Source of the DNA: Luteolibacter sp.
GTDB taxonomy: Bacteria > Verrucomicrobiota > Verrucomicrobiia > Verrucomicrobiales > Akkermansiaceae
Assembly: GCA_031414935.1 (NCBI GenBank)
Contig: JANOQR010000142.1
Span: 15,638 to 79,637, forward strand
Length of the DNA stretch: 64,000 bases
Direction of reading: 5' to 3'
Shown here: positions 19,247 through 27,704 of the stretch, one piece after another
Layout of the letters: each line of letters begins with the position of its first letter
Position numbering within the stretch: the first letter of the stretch is position 1
Notes under the pieces: model-generated
The model's input: the letters and a program-made list of their open reading frames with translations, nothing else
Told to the model about the DNA's origin: nothing
Database searches by the model: none
Made by a program: the position numbers and the translations under genes

Positions 19247-21186
19247 TCGATCAGCCTTACACTCCGCTCCCCTACACCATCCCACCTGCCCGCGGTCAGG
19301 CGCTGCTCAACTTCGCCGGACGGCGGATGCCGGATCATCTGCCACTGTTTGAGGTGGACAAGGTTGAGGAAGTTCGTCCGTCCGAAAAAGTTAGCGGTGA
19401 GCTTCCGGGTATTTCAGAGAAGAAGACCCCGGTAGCTCCTGGAATCCTTTTGCATGGTGACTGCCTGTGCGCATGCGCCTACCTCAAGGCTAATAATATC
19501 AAGGTTGACGTTGTCTATATTGACCCTCCTTTCGCCAGTGGCGCGAACTACGCCAAAAAAATCCTTCTCCGGAATGGCAGTGGATCTGCCGCCATTGATG
19601 CAACCGACAATCCAATTGGCGAGGAAATCATGTATGGCGACATCTGGCAAAAAGAGGATTATCTCAATTGGCTCTATGAACGACTTCTCGCGATTCGTGA
19701 AATCATGTCCGAAACAGGAGCGATTTATGTTCACCTTGATTGGCACATTGGACACTATGCAAAAATCCTACTCGATGAAGTGTTCGGTGAGGACAACTTC
19801 CTGAATGAGATTGTTTGGCACTACCCTGGTCGTGAAATGCACTTGGAAAACAAGTTCAACGCAAAGCATGACAACATTTTCCTATACGCGGTTTCCACTG
19901 AGAATTTCCGTCTGCGATCTGAAGCTGTTGCTATACCTTATGATAAGGACGAGCGCCTAGAGACGTTACGTCGGAAGGTTTTTACGGATCCAGATGGCCG
20001 AGAATGGGTATGGGAAACGAGAGGTCAGGCAGCCGGTGAAAAGGCGTATAAACGATATGTCGATGAACTGATCGCCCAAGGACAAGCATTGAATGACGTT
20101 TGGACCGACTTACCATTTCTTCGAGGCAATGATCCGCAACGGACTGGGTATCCGACACAAAAACCAACATGGCTTCTCGAGCGAATTATTAAAGCCGCTT
20201 CAGATGAAGGCATGGTCGTTGCTGACTTCTTTGGTGGAAGTGGCACGACTGCCGATGCGTGCGCGACGCTAAATCGTCGCTTCATTATTTCCGATATAGG
20301 GACATATGGAATCCAAACCACTCGAGACCGCCTCGTCGCTGCCGGTGCCGCGTTTGACGTGTTGAAAATCCAAGACGGCATTCGCTTGTTCCGCAATCCG
20401 ACGCAGACGATGGCAAAGATTTTCAGCCTCGTGGAAGGCTACAAGCGCCGCGAAGACCTCGAATTGGGCGAGTTCTGGGACGGTGGGCTTCCCGGCTCGG
20501 GCGGGCGCTACATTCCCATCAAGTTCGTCGGCTTGCAGGAGCGGCTGTCGCGAGAACTGGTGGACTACTACATCGAGGAAATCTGCCAGCTCGAGACCGA
20601 CGAGCGCGCCGAAGGCGTCCGCATCCTCTACGCCCACTGTGATCCCACCGTGGACCAAGCCTACATCGACAAACGTCTGCGAGACAGCAAGCGCACCGGC
20701 CTCAAGGTAGAACTCATCAGCCTCAATCAACTGCTGGAAAAGAAAGCCGCCAGCCTGTTCACCCCAGACAGCGCGATTCTCGACATGAAAGCCGCTGGCA
20801 AAGGCAAATGGGAAGTCACCATCAAGCAATTCTTCAGCGGCTACCTCCACAACAAGATCCAGGAATTCAACGCCAAGCGCGGCAAGAAAGCCCGGCAGGA
20901 TCTCGACGAAGGCGACGATGAGGAAAAGGCCGCTGCCGTTTCAACCAAGTTCACCCCCGTCACCATCAGCGAATCCGGCCTCGAGCTCATCGAGTCCATC
21001 CAGTTCGACACCACCTTGCGTGACGACGAAGTCTGGATCAGCAACCCCGATCTCGAAGACAAAGCCGGAGCCAAGCAGCGGGTCAAAGGCACCTACAAGC
21101 TATCGACCAGCAAGTTTCGAATGAAGCTCCGCAATATCGCCGGGGATGAAATAATCATAGACTCGCCTGATCCGAAAAAAAAATAG
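19243..21186 (+). CDS. Beta-class N6/N4 DNA methyltransferase (Mod-like) with a ~290-aa uncharacterised C-terminal extension
   Basis: 647 aa. ATGA overlap with the res stop. Motif IV VYIDPPFASG precedes NEIVWHYPG, PTQKPTWLLERII and motif I DFFGGSGTT (N6_N4_Mtase order). The C-terminal part has no recognisable motifs. Confidence 0.85.
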   Translation: MIDQPYTPLPYTIPPARGQALLNFAGRRMPDHLPLFEVDKVEEVRPSEKVSGELPGISEKKTPVAPGILLHGDCLCACAYLKANNIKVDVVYIDPPFASGANYAKKILLRNGSGSAAIDATDNPIGEEIMYGDIWQKEDYLNWLYERLLAIREIMSETGAIYVHLDWHIGHYAKILLDEVFGEDNFLNEIVWHYPGREMHLENKFNAKHDNIFLYAVSTENFRLRSEAVAIPYDKDERLETLRRKVFTDPDGREWVWETRGQAAGEKAYKRYVDELIAQGQALNDVWTDLPFLRGNDPQRTGYPTQKPTWLLERIIKAASDEGMVVADFFGGSGTTADACATLNRRFIISDIGTYGIQTTRDRLVAAGAAFDVLKIQDGIRLFRNPTQTMAKIFSLVEGYKRREDLELGEFWDGGLPGSGGRYIPIKFVGLQERLSRELVDYYIEEICQLETDERAEGVRILYAHCDPTVDQAYIDKRLRDSKRTGLKVELISLNQLLEKKAASLFTPDSAILDMKAAGKGKWEVTIKQFFSGYLHNKIQEFNAKRGKKARQDLDEGDDEEKAAAVSTKFTPVTISESGLELIESIQFDTTLRDDEVWISNPDLEDKAGAKQRVKGTYKLSTSKFRMKLRNIAGDEIIIDSPDPKKK

Positions 21187-21296
21187 ACGGCGTCCAAAGG
21201 CTATTCGCGTTCCCGCGGGCAGTCCGCCCGAAGCTTGTTTTCGAAATCCCAAATGACAAACTTTGTCGTTCGGTTTCCATTGAAGAGGGCTGAACC

Positions 21297-21593
21297 TCAC
21301 GGCATTTGCGTGGGGATCACCCGCCGACCGAGGCGGCGATAGATCTTGAAGTCGGAGTCGGTGGTGAGAAGGAGTGGATCGGGTAGGATTTCCGTGAGCC
21401 AGTCCAAACAGGCGTCGGCGATGTTCAATGGGTTACCGATGCCGGAGAGCGCGTACCAAATTTTCCGCCTCTTTTTACTTTTCCTCCGCTTACGAGAGAT
21501 CGTCGAAAGGACGGTTAAAACGGCAGCAGTCGAGGTAGAGCTGCATGAGGAGGGAGTGACGATGTTCGTGTCCAGAAGCATGGCCTCAATCAC
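21297..21593 (-). pseudogene. Decayed PIN-domain (VapC-like) toxin gene
   Basis: The track ORF (98 aa) has a PIN start (MLLDTNIV) and a PIN end (NIADACLDWL..LLLTTDSDF), but the middle is Ser/Thr/Lys junk. A second frame (21546..21490) reads MQLYLDCCRFNRPFDDLS-stop, another PIN-family N-terminal signature. No frame gives a full ~130-150 aa PIN protein. Confidence 0.5.
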
Positions 21594-21873
21594 GGCCCGG
21601 CAGCGGGCGATCCTCGCGCATTTCGCGTTGCCATGCCACCGGATCGGTCATGTCGCGGTGTGGATTGTGTTTCCGGATTTCCTCCAGTGCCGCCTCGCGC
21701 CTCGCGATCATTTCCGGCGTGGCGGTGAGTTTCTGTCGCTTCGGCTTCTCCTCCACCGATTCCACAGTCACCAGGACATGCGCCCGGCCCGGCTTCAGCC
21801 ACGCCAGCAGGGGCGAGAGCAGTCACACGCTGCCATCGGCACCGATCTCGATGTCTGTCTCCAACGTATTCAT
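21586..21873 (-). pseudogene. AbrB/SpoVT-type antitoxin gene interrupted by an in-frame TGA
   Basis: Manual translation from ATG 21873 gives MNTLETDIEIGADGSV-TGA(21825-21823)-LLSPLLAWLKPGRAHVLVTVESVEEKPKRQK...DPVAWQREMREDRPLPGRD. The track only reports the part after the stop (21586..21771). It overlaps the PIN ORF by 8 nt. Confidence 0.55.
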
Positions 21874-21974
21874 GCCATGAGAGTAGCGGGGAGTGGGAAA
21901 ACGCAAAGTTTACAAGCTCCGCCGGGACGGTGAATGGGCAGGGTTACGCATTTAATCTGGAAAGGAATATTAGG

Positions 21975-22110
21975 ACCACAGATTTCACAGATTAAACTGA
22001 TTTTGAAGAAGTTAGCCCAAAACTTTCATTCACCTAAGAGATGAGGGCTAATTTGATCAGTAAGTTTTCATAACTCTCTGAAAATCTGTGAAATCAGCGA
22101 AATCTGTGGT
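21975..22110. repeat. Nested palindromic (MITE-like) intergenic element
   Basis: The outer arm ACCACAGATTTCACAGATT (21975-21993) pairs with AATCTGTGAAATCAGCGAAATCTGTGGT (22083-22110), which carries a 9-nt duplication. Inner arms are TTAGCCC ... GGGCTAA. Confidence 0.6.
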
Positions 22111-22227
22111 AAAAAATCTTCCTCCATTTTCCCATCTAGGTTTAAACATTTTTCTTTTTTAGCACCAGAACCCGCGCTGCACTGGGGTGTGGAAGAGGAG
22201 TGACTGACGACCAAGGGAAAGATGCGA

Positions 22228-25200
22228 CTACTTCTTCCCCTTGTTCTTCAACGGCTTATTGAGCGTGGCGAGATACGCGACGATATCGCGTGTCTCACTG
22301 AGTGTGAGTAAGCCGCCCATCGGTGGCATGGCGGAAATGGGATCGGTGGCGGATTGCACTTCTGTTTTTTTCACCGTGATGTCCTCGGTGCCGACTTTGA
22401 CGACATACTGATCCGCAGTTTCCTCACTGAGGGTTCCGCCGACAGCCTTGCCGTTTTTCAGCGTGAGGGAAATAATTCCGTAACCTGGAGCAACCGCTGC
22501 TCCCGGAACGATAAGTGCCTCTAACAAATATCGGCGTTCAGGATTCCGGTGGGCGATTCCGAAGAGATTCGGCCCCGCATCGCCGCCTAAGTCATGACCG
22601 CCTTCGCCTGCTTTGTGACAGCGAATGCACTGTGAAGTTCCGTGGTTGCGGAAAAGATCTTCACCTCGCACCGCATCCCCGCCTTCGAGTGCTGGCATCG
22701 CGGCTGCGAGCGGATCTGCGGGATTAAGCGATTTCTGATAGGCCGTCAGTGCGGTGACGATCGCTGGCTCCTTTCTCCCTGCCGCTGCCGCGAGAAGCTC
22801 GATCTGCGAACTCGCATCGGACTTGGGCGTCAGTATCTCTTGCAAACCTTGCGCGATGATGACCGCGGACTCTCTGCCGGGGATGTTAGCGATGGCCTTC
22901 CATGCACCTTGGCGACGTGAAACACTGGTGGATTTCAGCGCAGCGGCTGCACCTTCGAGTGCTTTGGCGGGATCGCTCTTGGCCAGGTGCGTCAATGCCG
23001 AGCTGGCGATTTCGTCGGATGGGTCTGTCACGAGATCGAGCAAAATTTTATCCGCATCGGCAGGCTGACCCGCGTGCCAAAGATCGAGCGCAGTGGCGCG
23101 CGCCGGACCTGCGACTTTGGCGGACCTAACGATTCGCAGCAACGACTCTTGACTGAAATTCTGGCGGCTGAGTTTGAGATGATCCACTAACAACAAAGTC
23201 GGTCCTAGCAGAGCTTCGTCCGCCGCGAGCAGTGCGGGAAGGCCAGCTTCGAGGGTGGGTGAAATTTCCGCGAGGTCGCGATCTGGAAGCGGGTCCCATT
23301 TCCCGTGGCATTGGTCAACAGGCGCAGGCTTGGCCCACTGTAAAAGAAGGCGCAGTGCTTCGAGGCGTTGATCGAGATCGAGAGCTGTGCCTGCCGCGAT
23401 TTTTACCAGACGGTCAGCATTCTCTTTTCCTCCGGTGCGGAAAGCGCAGTGAATCAGCCGCCGTGCAATCATCGGCTTCAATGGACGCGACGCGGTAGTG
23501 CCGACATAAGCATCTAGCAGCGCGGTGAGAGCTGGGCGGGCGGCGGGGACAGGTGCTTCGCAGATCGCGCGGATCGCTTCGTCAGCCACTCGCGGATCGG
23601 CGTCCTTCAGGAAATCCGCAAGCGCTGGGCTGGCTAGACGACGTAAGGCGACCACCGCCGCAAGCCGCACGGAAGCCGAGGCGTGGGTTTTGAGCGTAGC
23701 GATTTGCTCGCCACTGCCGCTTCCTAACAAGCCCATGATTCCCGCGTGACGGAGGTAAAGATCGCGGTCCGCATTTTCAGCTAACATAGCGACGAGTGGA
23801 TCAAACGCAGCAGACGCTTTTAGCCGAGCCAACGAGAGCGCAGCAAAGGAACGGACCCTCAACGAGTCGTCTCCGAGCAGTGCAATGAGCTTCGTGGAAT
23901 GATCGCCAGCCATTTCGCCTAACACCTGAGCCGCTTGAGCGCGGACTTCCGCTTGTGAGTCTGTGAGGAGTGAAACCAAAGTGGCCGACGCGCCGGAGTT
24001 CGCATTTTTCCGCGCTTGGATGCCGAGGCCCCAGATTCCATGCAGACGCGGCAAAAGCTCGCCTTTTTTCGCTACTTCTATCAGCAGCGGCGTGCTGCTC
24101 TTCCTGCCAGCTAGAGCGAGATGCGCCCGCTGGCGTATCCGTTGATCGGGATGTGGGAAAAGTTTGATCAACTCTTTGTCCGCCTTCTTTTCAAATCCTT
24201 CTTTCATCAACGCCGCCGTCTCTGGAGTGCGCCCGGCATTTTTCTCCGCCTCCGCAGTGAGTGTGTAGATACGGCCTCGCTGCCATGAAATCCAACCTCC
24301 GAGGAAATCGGAGACGAATAAGCGGCCATCATAACTGTATTCCAAATCCGTGGCACACGAGCCAGTGCTGAACGGATAGGCGTCGCTGAATTTGAAACCC
24401 GCTCCGTCTGGGTTGAGTTTGAATGACCAAATAGAAGACTTGGCCGAGGCGCGGTAGTCGCAGATTAAAAACCGCCCGCACTCGCTTTCGAGAAATCCTG
24501 AACCTGGATGATAGGCCAAACCGGAGGGTCCACTGGATAGATTCCCAACCGGCGGCACGATGAAGGCAGGCTGACTGTCATTGCGAAGCTCTGCCATTTT
24601 CTCAGTCAACCAAGCACTGTGCGGTCTTTCTGATAGGCCGATGTCTTCACGAAATGTATGCAGCGCCTGATGCCAGATTCTCCAGCCGGAATCGACGCCT
24701 TCCATGAGATAGACAATCCGCGACGGATCGCCTTGGTCCGCGTTATTATCAACGGTGATCGCGTTTCCAAACTCATCGAACGCGATTTCTTTCGGGTTCC
24801 GCAGGCCTGCGTGGACGACCTCAAAGTTTGAGCCATCTGGCTCGAAACGGAACACGGAACCCTGATCGGTGTAATTTAATTTCTTGCCCTCGCGCGTGAC
24901 GAGGCTGAACCCACGATCACCGATAGAGCCGTAAATCCGTCCATCCATCCCGACGGAAAAACCATTCATATCGTGGCCGGAGAGTGAAATATGCACCCCG
25001 AATCCGTCAGCGATCACCTCTCGCTTGTCCGCCACGCCCGCGTTTTTCGTGTCTTCTAGCAGGTGCAGCTTCGGGATACAGGCGAAATAAACTTTTCCCT
25101 CATAGGCAAGGACACCACTCGCAGTGCCATCGAGCACGTCATTGAATTGATCAGCGAAGACGGTCATCTTGTCTGCCTTGCCGTCGCCATCGTTGTCTTC

Positions 25201-26154
25201 CAGCCGCCTCACCACCTCGGACTTCTGAGTGAGCGACTCGATGGAAACTTTGTCCTTCCATTTTTCATGGAGAGCGCGGCGATCCGCAGTCGTCTTGGAT
25301 GCGAGGTCGTCATGATACCAAAACCGATAAGCCCGATCATCTAACACGCCGGTTCCGAGTCGGTGAGTCTCCGCCACATAGAGAACACCCTTTTCGTCGA
25401 AGCTGATCGCCGTGGGACTCGTGACTCCATGCTGCTCGCGAGTGGCAAACATCTCCAGCGTGGTTCCCTTGGGAATGTTATAGCCTGCGACGACGGGTGT
25501 CGCGACGAGTTCGGTAGGTTTTGCGATTTCCACGTTAGTCGCGAACTGATAGTTTTTTTGATCTGAGAAAATGAAATGATCTGCCGCGATGAATTTCCCA
25601 CGATCATTGTCCACATCCAGAATTCTGATTTGCCCTTTCTTGCCTTTCCACGTCGAAAGATTCCATGTGATGGGGCGAAATTTTAAGTCCTGCTCACCCG
25701 TGTTTTCTAGCACTACTTTATCATCCGCGAGGAATTGCACGGTCGTTTTCCCGCTCGCTTTCGAGCCAGCGATCAGGAAATGCAGATAGCTGTGAGAAAC
25801 CGCAAGCGCAGGGGAAGTGAGCCGCCCGATGGCTGCCTCACCACCGCTTCCCGAGCAGGCAAACGAATTGCCGACATAGCCGATGAATTTGCCACTGATG
25901 CCGGGCACTTCAGCCGCCGCAGGGCCACCGCCGAATCCTTTGCCCTCAATGGTCCACGTCTCGAAACCATCGCCCTCAAAGAGCTGATAGTCCGTGGCAA
26001 GTGCGCTTTGAAAACTGGCAAGAACGAAGAGGCCTGCGAGTCCTACTCGGAATGCAGGAGGCATTTTTTTAAACAACGAGAGATCGGATTCATTGGGAGT
26101 TTTCTTACTCAAAATCATAGAGCCAGAACGTAACTTTCCGACCAATCTTGCCAA
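22228..26154 (-). CDS. PVC-type heme-binding CxxCH protein with beta-propeller dehydrogenase-like domain and HEAT repeats
   Basis: 1308 aa. Signal peptide MPPAFRVGLAGLFVLASFQSALA (likely true start M31 at 26064, or M13). The middle holds HEAT-like repeats (VRAQAAQVLGEM, LRVRSFAALSLARL, VRLAAVVALRRL). The C-terminal cytochrome c motif is CIRCHK with a distal Met region (AMPPMG). Confidence 0.75.
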   Translation of the reverse strand: MARLVGKLRSGSMILSKKTPNESDLSLFKKMPPAFRVGLAGLFVLASFQSALATDYQLFEGDGFETWTIEGKGFGGGPAAAEVPGISGKFIGYVGNSFACSGSGGEAAIGRLTSPALAVSHSYLHFLIAGSKASGKTTVQFLADDKVVLENTGEQDLKFRPITWNLSTWKGKKGQIRILDVDNDRGKFIAADHFIFSDQKNYQFATNVEIAKPTELVATPVVAGYNIPKGTTLEMFATREQHGVTSPTAISFDEKGVLYVAETHRLGTGVLDDRAYRFWYHDDLASKTTADRRALHEKWKDKVSIESLTQKSEVVRRLEDNDGDGKADKMTVFADQFNDVLDGTASGVLAYEGKVYFACIPKLHLLEDTKNAGVADKREVIADGFGVHISLSGHDMNGFSVGMDGRIYGSIGDRGFSLVTREGKKLNYTDQGSVFRFEPDGSNFEVVHAGLRNPKEIAFDEFGNAITVDNNADQGDPSRIVYLMEGVDSGWRIWHQALHTFREDIGLSERPHSAWLTEKMAELRNDSQPAFIVPPVGNLSSGPSGLAYHPGSGFLESECGRFLICDYRASAKSSIWSFKLNPDGAGFKFSDAYPFSTGSCATDLEYSYDGRLFVSDFLGGWISWQRGRIYTLTAEAEKNAGRTPETAALMKEGFEKKADKELIKLFPHPDQRIRQRAHLALAGRKSSTPLLIEVAKKGELLPRLHGIWGLGIQARKNANSGASATLVSLLTDSQAEVRAQAAQVLGEMAGDHSTKLIALLGDDSLRVRSFAALSLARLKASAAFDPLVAMLAENADRDLYLRHAGIMGLLGSGSGEQIATLKTHASASVRLAAVVALRRLASPALADFLKDADPRVADEAIRAICEAPVPAARPALTALLDAYVGTTASRPLKPMIARRLIHCAFRTGGKENADRLVKIAAGTALDLDQRLEALRLLLQWAKPAPVDQCHGKWDPLPDRDLAEISPTLEAGLPALLAADEALLGPTLLLVDHLKLSRQNFSQESLLRIVRSAKVAGPARATALDLWHAGQPADADKILLDLVTDPSDEIASSALTHLAKSDPAKALEGAAAALKSTSVSRRQGAWKAIANIPGRESAVIIAQGLQEILTPKSDASSQIELLAAAAGRKEPAIVTALTAYQKSLNPADPLAAAMPALEGGDAVRGEDLFRNHGTSQCIRCHKAGEGGHDLGGDAGPNLFGIAHRNPERRYLLEALIVPGAAVAPGYGIISLTLKNGKAVGGTLSEETADQYVVKVGTEDITVKKTEVQSATDPISAMPPMGGLLTLSETRDIVAYLATLNKPLKNKGKK

Positions 26155-26172
26155 CTTTTCTTTTGGCCAAGG

Positions 26173-27096
26173 TTAAAGCCTAACAAACTTTGGCTGCGGC
26201 CAAGAGGGTGAGACACGACGCACGACTTTCTTGATTTTCATCATCGCTTTTAGTCCGCCTGCGAATAGCTGGCCCGTGACAGCTCCTCCTTGCCGTGCGT
26301 GCTCTGCCCGCAGTTCTAAGCGGATTTGATCGAGTGATTGCTGAAGTTGAAATCTCGCTGAGTCAGATAGGCCATGATCCGCAGCTAAAATTCCTGCAAT
26401 CACCTCCGCGCAAGTTGAGATATGTTTGAGTGTGTCTTTCATGCAAGCCACGCCGATGCCATCGGTATCATTGCGCTTATTTACGAGTGGCTTGCTGATG
26501 ATTCCCCAACGCCCGACGGCAGACAGCTTCATCGCTAACTCATAGTCTTCTAAAATGCGTAGGCTTTGATTGAAGCCATTCACTTGATCGAAGGCAACCC
26601 GACGAATCGCAACGACCTGATTGAATAAGAGGAATCTTGTCGCTAACACTTCCCCCGGATTGAGCCACTCGCCACGTTCGATTCCGACGTTTAAGCCAGC
26701 AAGACTGAATGAATTTCCGGCTGGTTCGCCAGAGAGTCCGATGATGTCGGAATTGCAAACACAGCAGCACATGTCATTTCCTGCGGCTGCCATTAGACTT
26801 GCTTGCTCACTGATTTTTTCAGGTTTCCATGTGTCGTCGGAATCAAGGAACGACATGATTTCTCCGCGTGAAATCTGGACACCATGATTCCGCGCGGCTG
26901 AGGGTCCAGCATTCGCTTGTTTCACGATGCGGATCGAATCCCCAAACTTCGCAAGCACGGCATCCGTCGAGTCACTTGAACCATCATCGACGACGATGAC
27001 TTCAAGCTCTGAGTAGGTTTGCGCAAGAACACTTTCGACCGCATCACCGATGGTTGCAGCGCGATTGTAAGTTGGAATAATGGCGGAAATTAACAT
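26173..27096 (-). CDS. Family 2 glycosyltransferase
   Basis: 307 aa. GT-A signatures are IIPTYNRA, VIVVDDGSSD and FLDSDD. Confidence 0.85.
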   Translation of the reverse strand: MLISAIIPTYNRAATIGDAVESVLAQTYSELEVIVVDDGSSDSTDAVLAKFGDSIRIVKQANAGPSAARNHGVQISRGEIMSFLDSDDTWKPEKISEQASLMAAAGNDMCCCVCNSDIIGLSGEPAGNSFSLAGLNVGIERGEWLNPGEVLATRFLLFNQVVAIRRVAFDQVNGFNQSLRILEDYELAMKLSAVGRWGIISKPLVNKRNDTDGIGVACMKDTLKHISTCAEVIAGILAADHGLSDSARFQLQQSLDQIRLELRAEHARQGGAVTGQLFAGGLKAMMKIKKVVRRVSPSWPQPKFVRL

Positions 27097-27107
27097 AGTT
27101 CTAAAAT

Positions 27108-27701
27108 CTATAATTGTGCCCCGATTTTACGCACGACTCGCGCAGGCGCACCGACAGCGACGCAATGGTCAGGAACGTCGGATTTCACGACGGAGTTCGC
27201 ACCGATGACGCAGTTTTTACCGATGGTCACACCCGGACAGATGATGACTCCTTGGCCGATCCATGAGCCTGAGCCGATGAATACGGGCCGCGCTTCCGTG
27301 ATGCCTTGGGAAATAATGGGCTGGTTGAGATCACTGAATTTGTGGCCGTGATCGGAGATATGGATGTTTCTACCGAAGAGAACATGATCTCCGATTTGAA
27401 TGAGTCTTACGGCGGAAATTGTAGCAGCTCCCGCGAAATTACAGCCATCTCCAATCTCGATTCCATGCTTCGCGCCGGGATCTTCTTGACCGAGAAAATG
27501 TAGCCAAGAGCCTGCGCCGAGATACACCTTTTCCCCAATCGAGATCGCAGATGCGCCCCAGATTCCGATTGGCATTTGAAGGGTGCTGCCTGAGCCGAAC
27601 TCTCGAAACGAACCGCGAACTAAGGAGCTAAAGATGCGGTTTCTGATTCGCTCTAGCAGGCGAAAGAATTGTAGCCATTGATTTCCACTGGGGTTTTTCA
27701 T
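27108..27701 (-). CDS. Hexapeptide-repeat (left-handed beta-helix) acyl/acetyltransferase
   Basis: 197 aa with repeated [LIV]G..... hexapeptides (IGSGSWIGQGVIICPGVTIGKNCVIGANSVV). Confidence 0.8.
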   Translation of the reverse strand: MKNPSGNQWLQFFRLLERIRNRIFSSLVRGSFREFGSGSTLQMPIGIWGASAISIGEKVYLGAGSWLHFLGQEDPGAKHGIEIGDGCNFAGAATISAVRLIQIGDHVLFGRNIHISDHGHKFSDLNQPIISQGITEARPVFIGSGSWIGQGVIICPGVTIGKNCVIGANSVVKSDVPDHCVAVGAPARVVRKIGAQL

Positions 27702-27704
27702 GAC

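Noticed and set aside
21823-21825. In-frame TGA in the antitoxin read as selenocysteine or programmed read-through
   Set aside because: No SECIS-like hairpin is evident immediately downstream. The partner toxin is also degraded, so a pseudogene is the simpler explanation.
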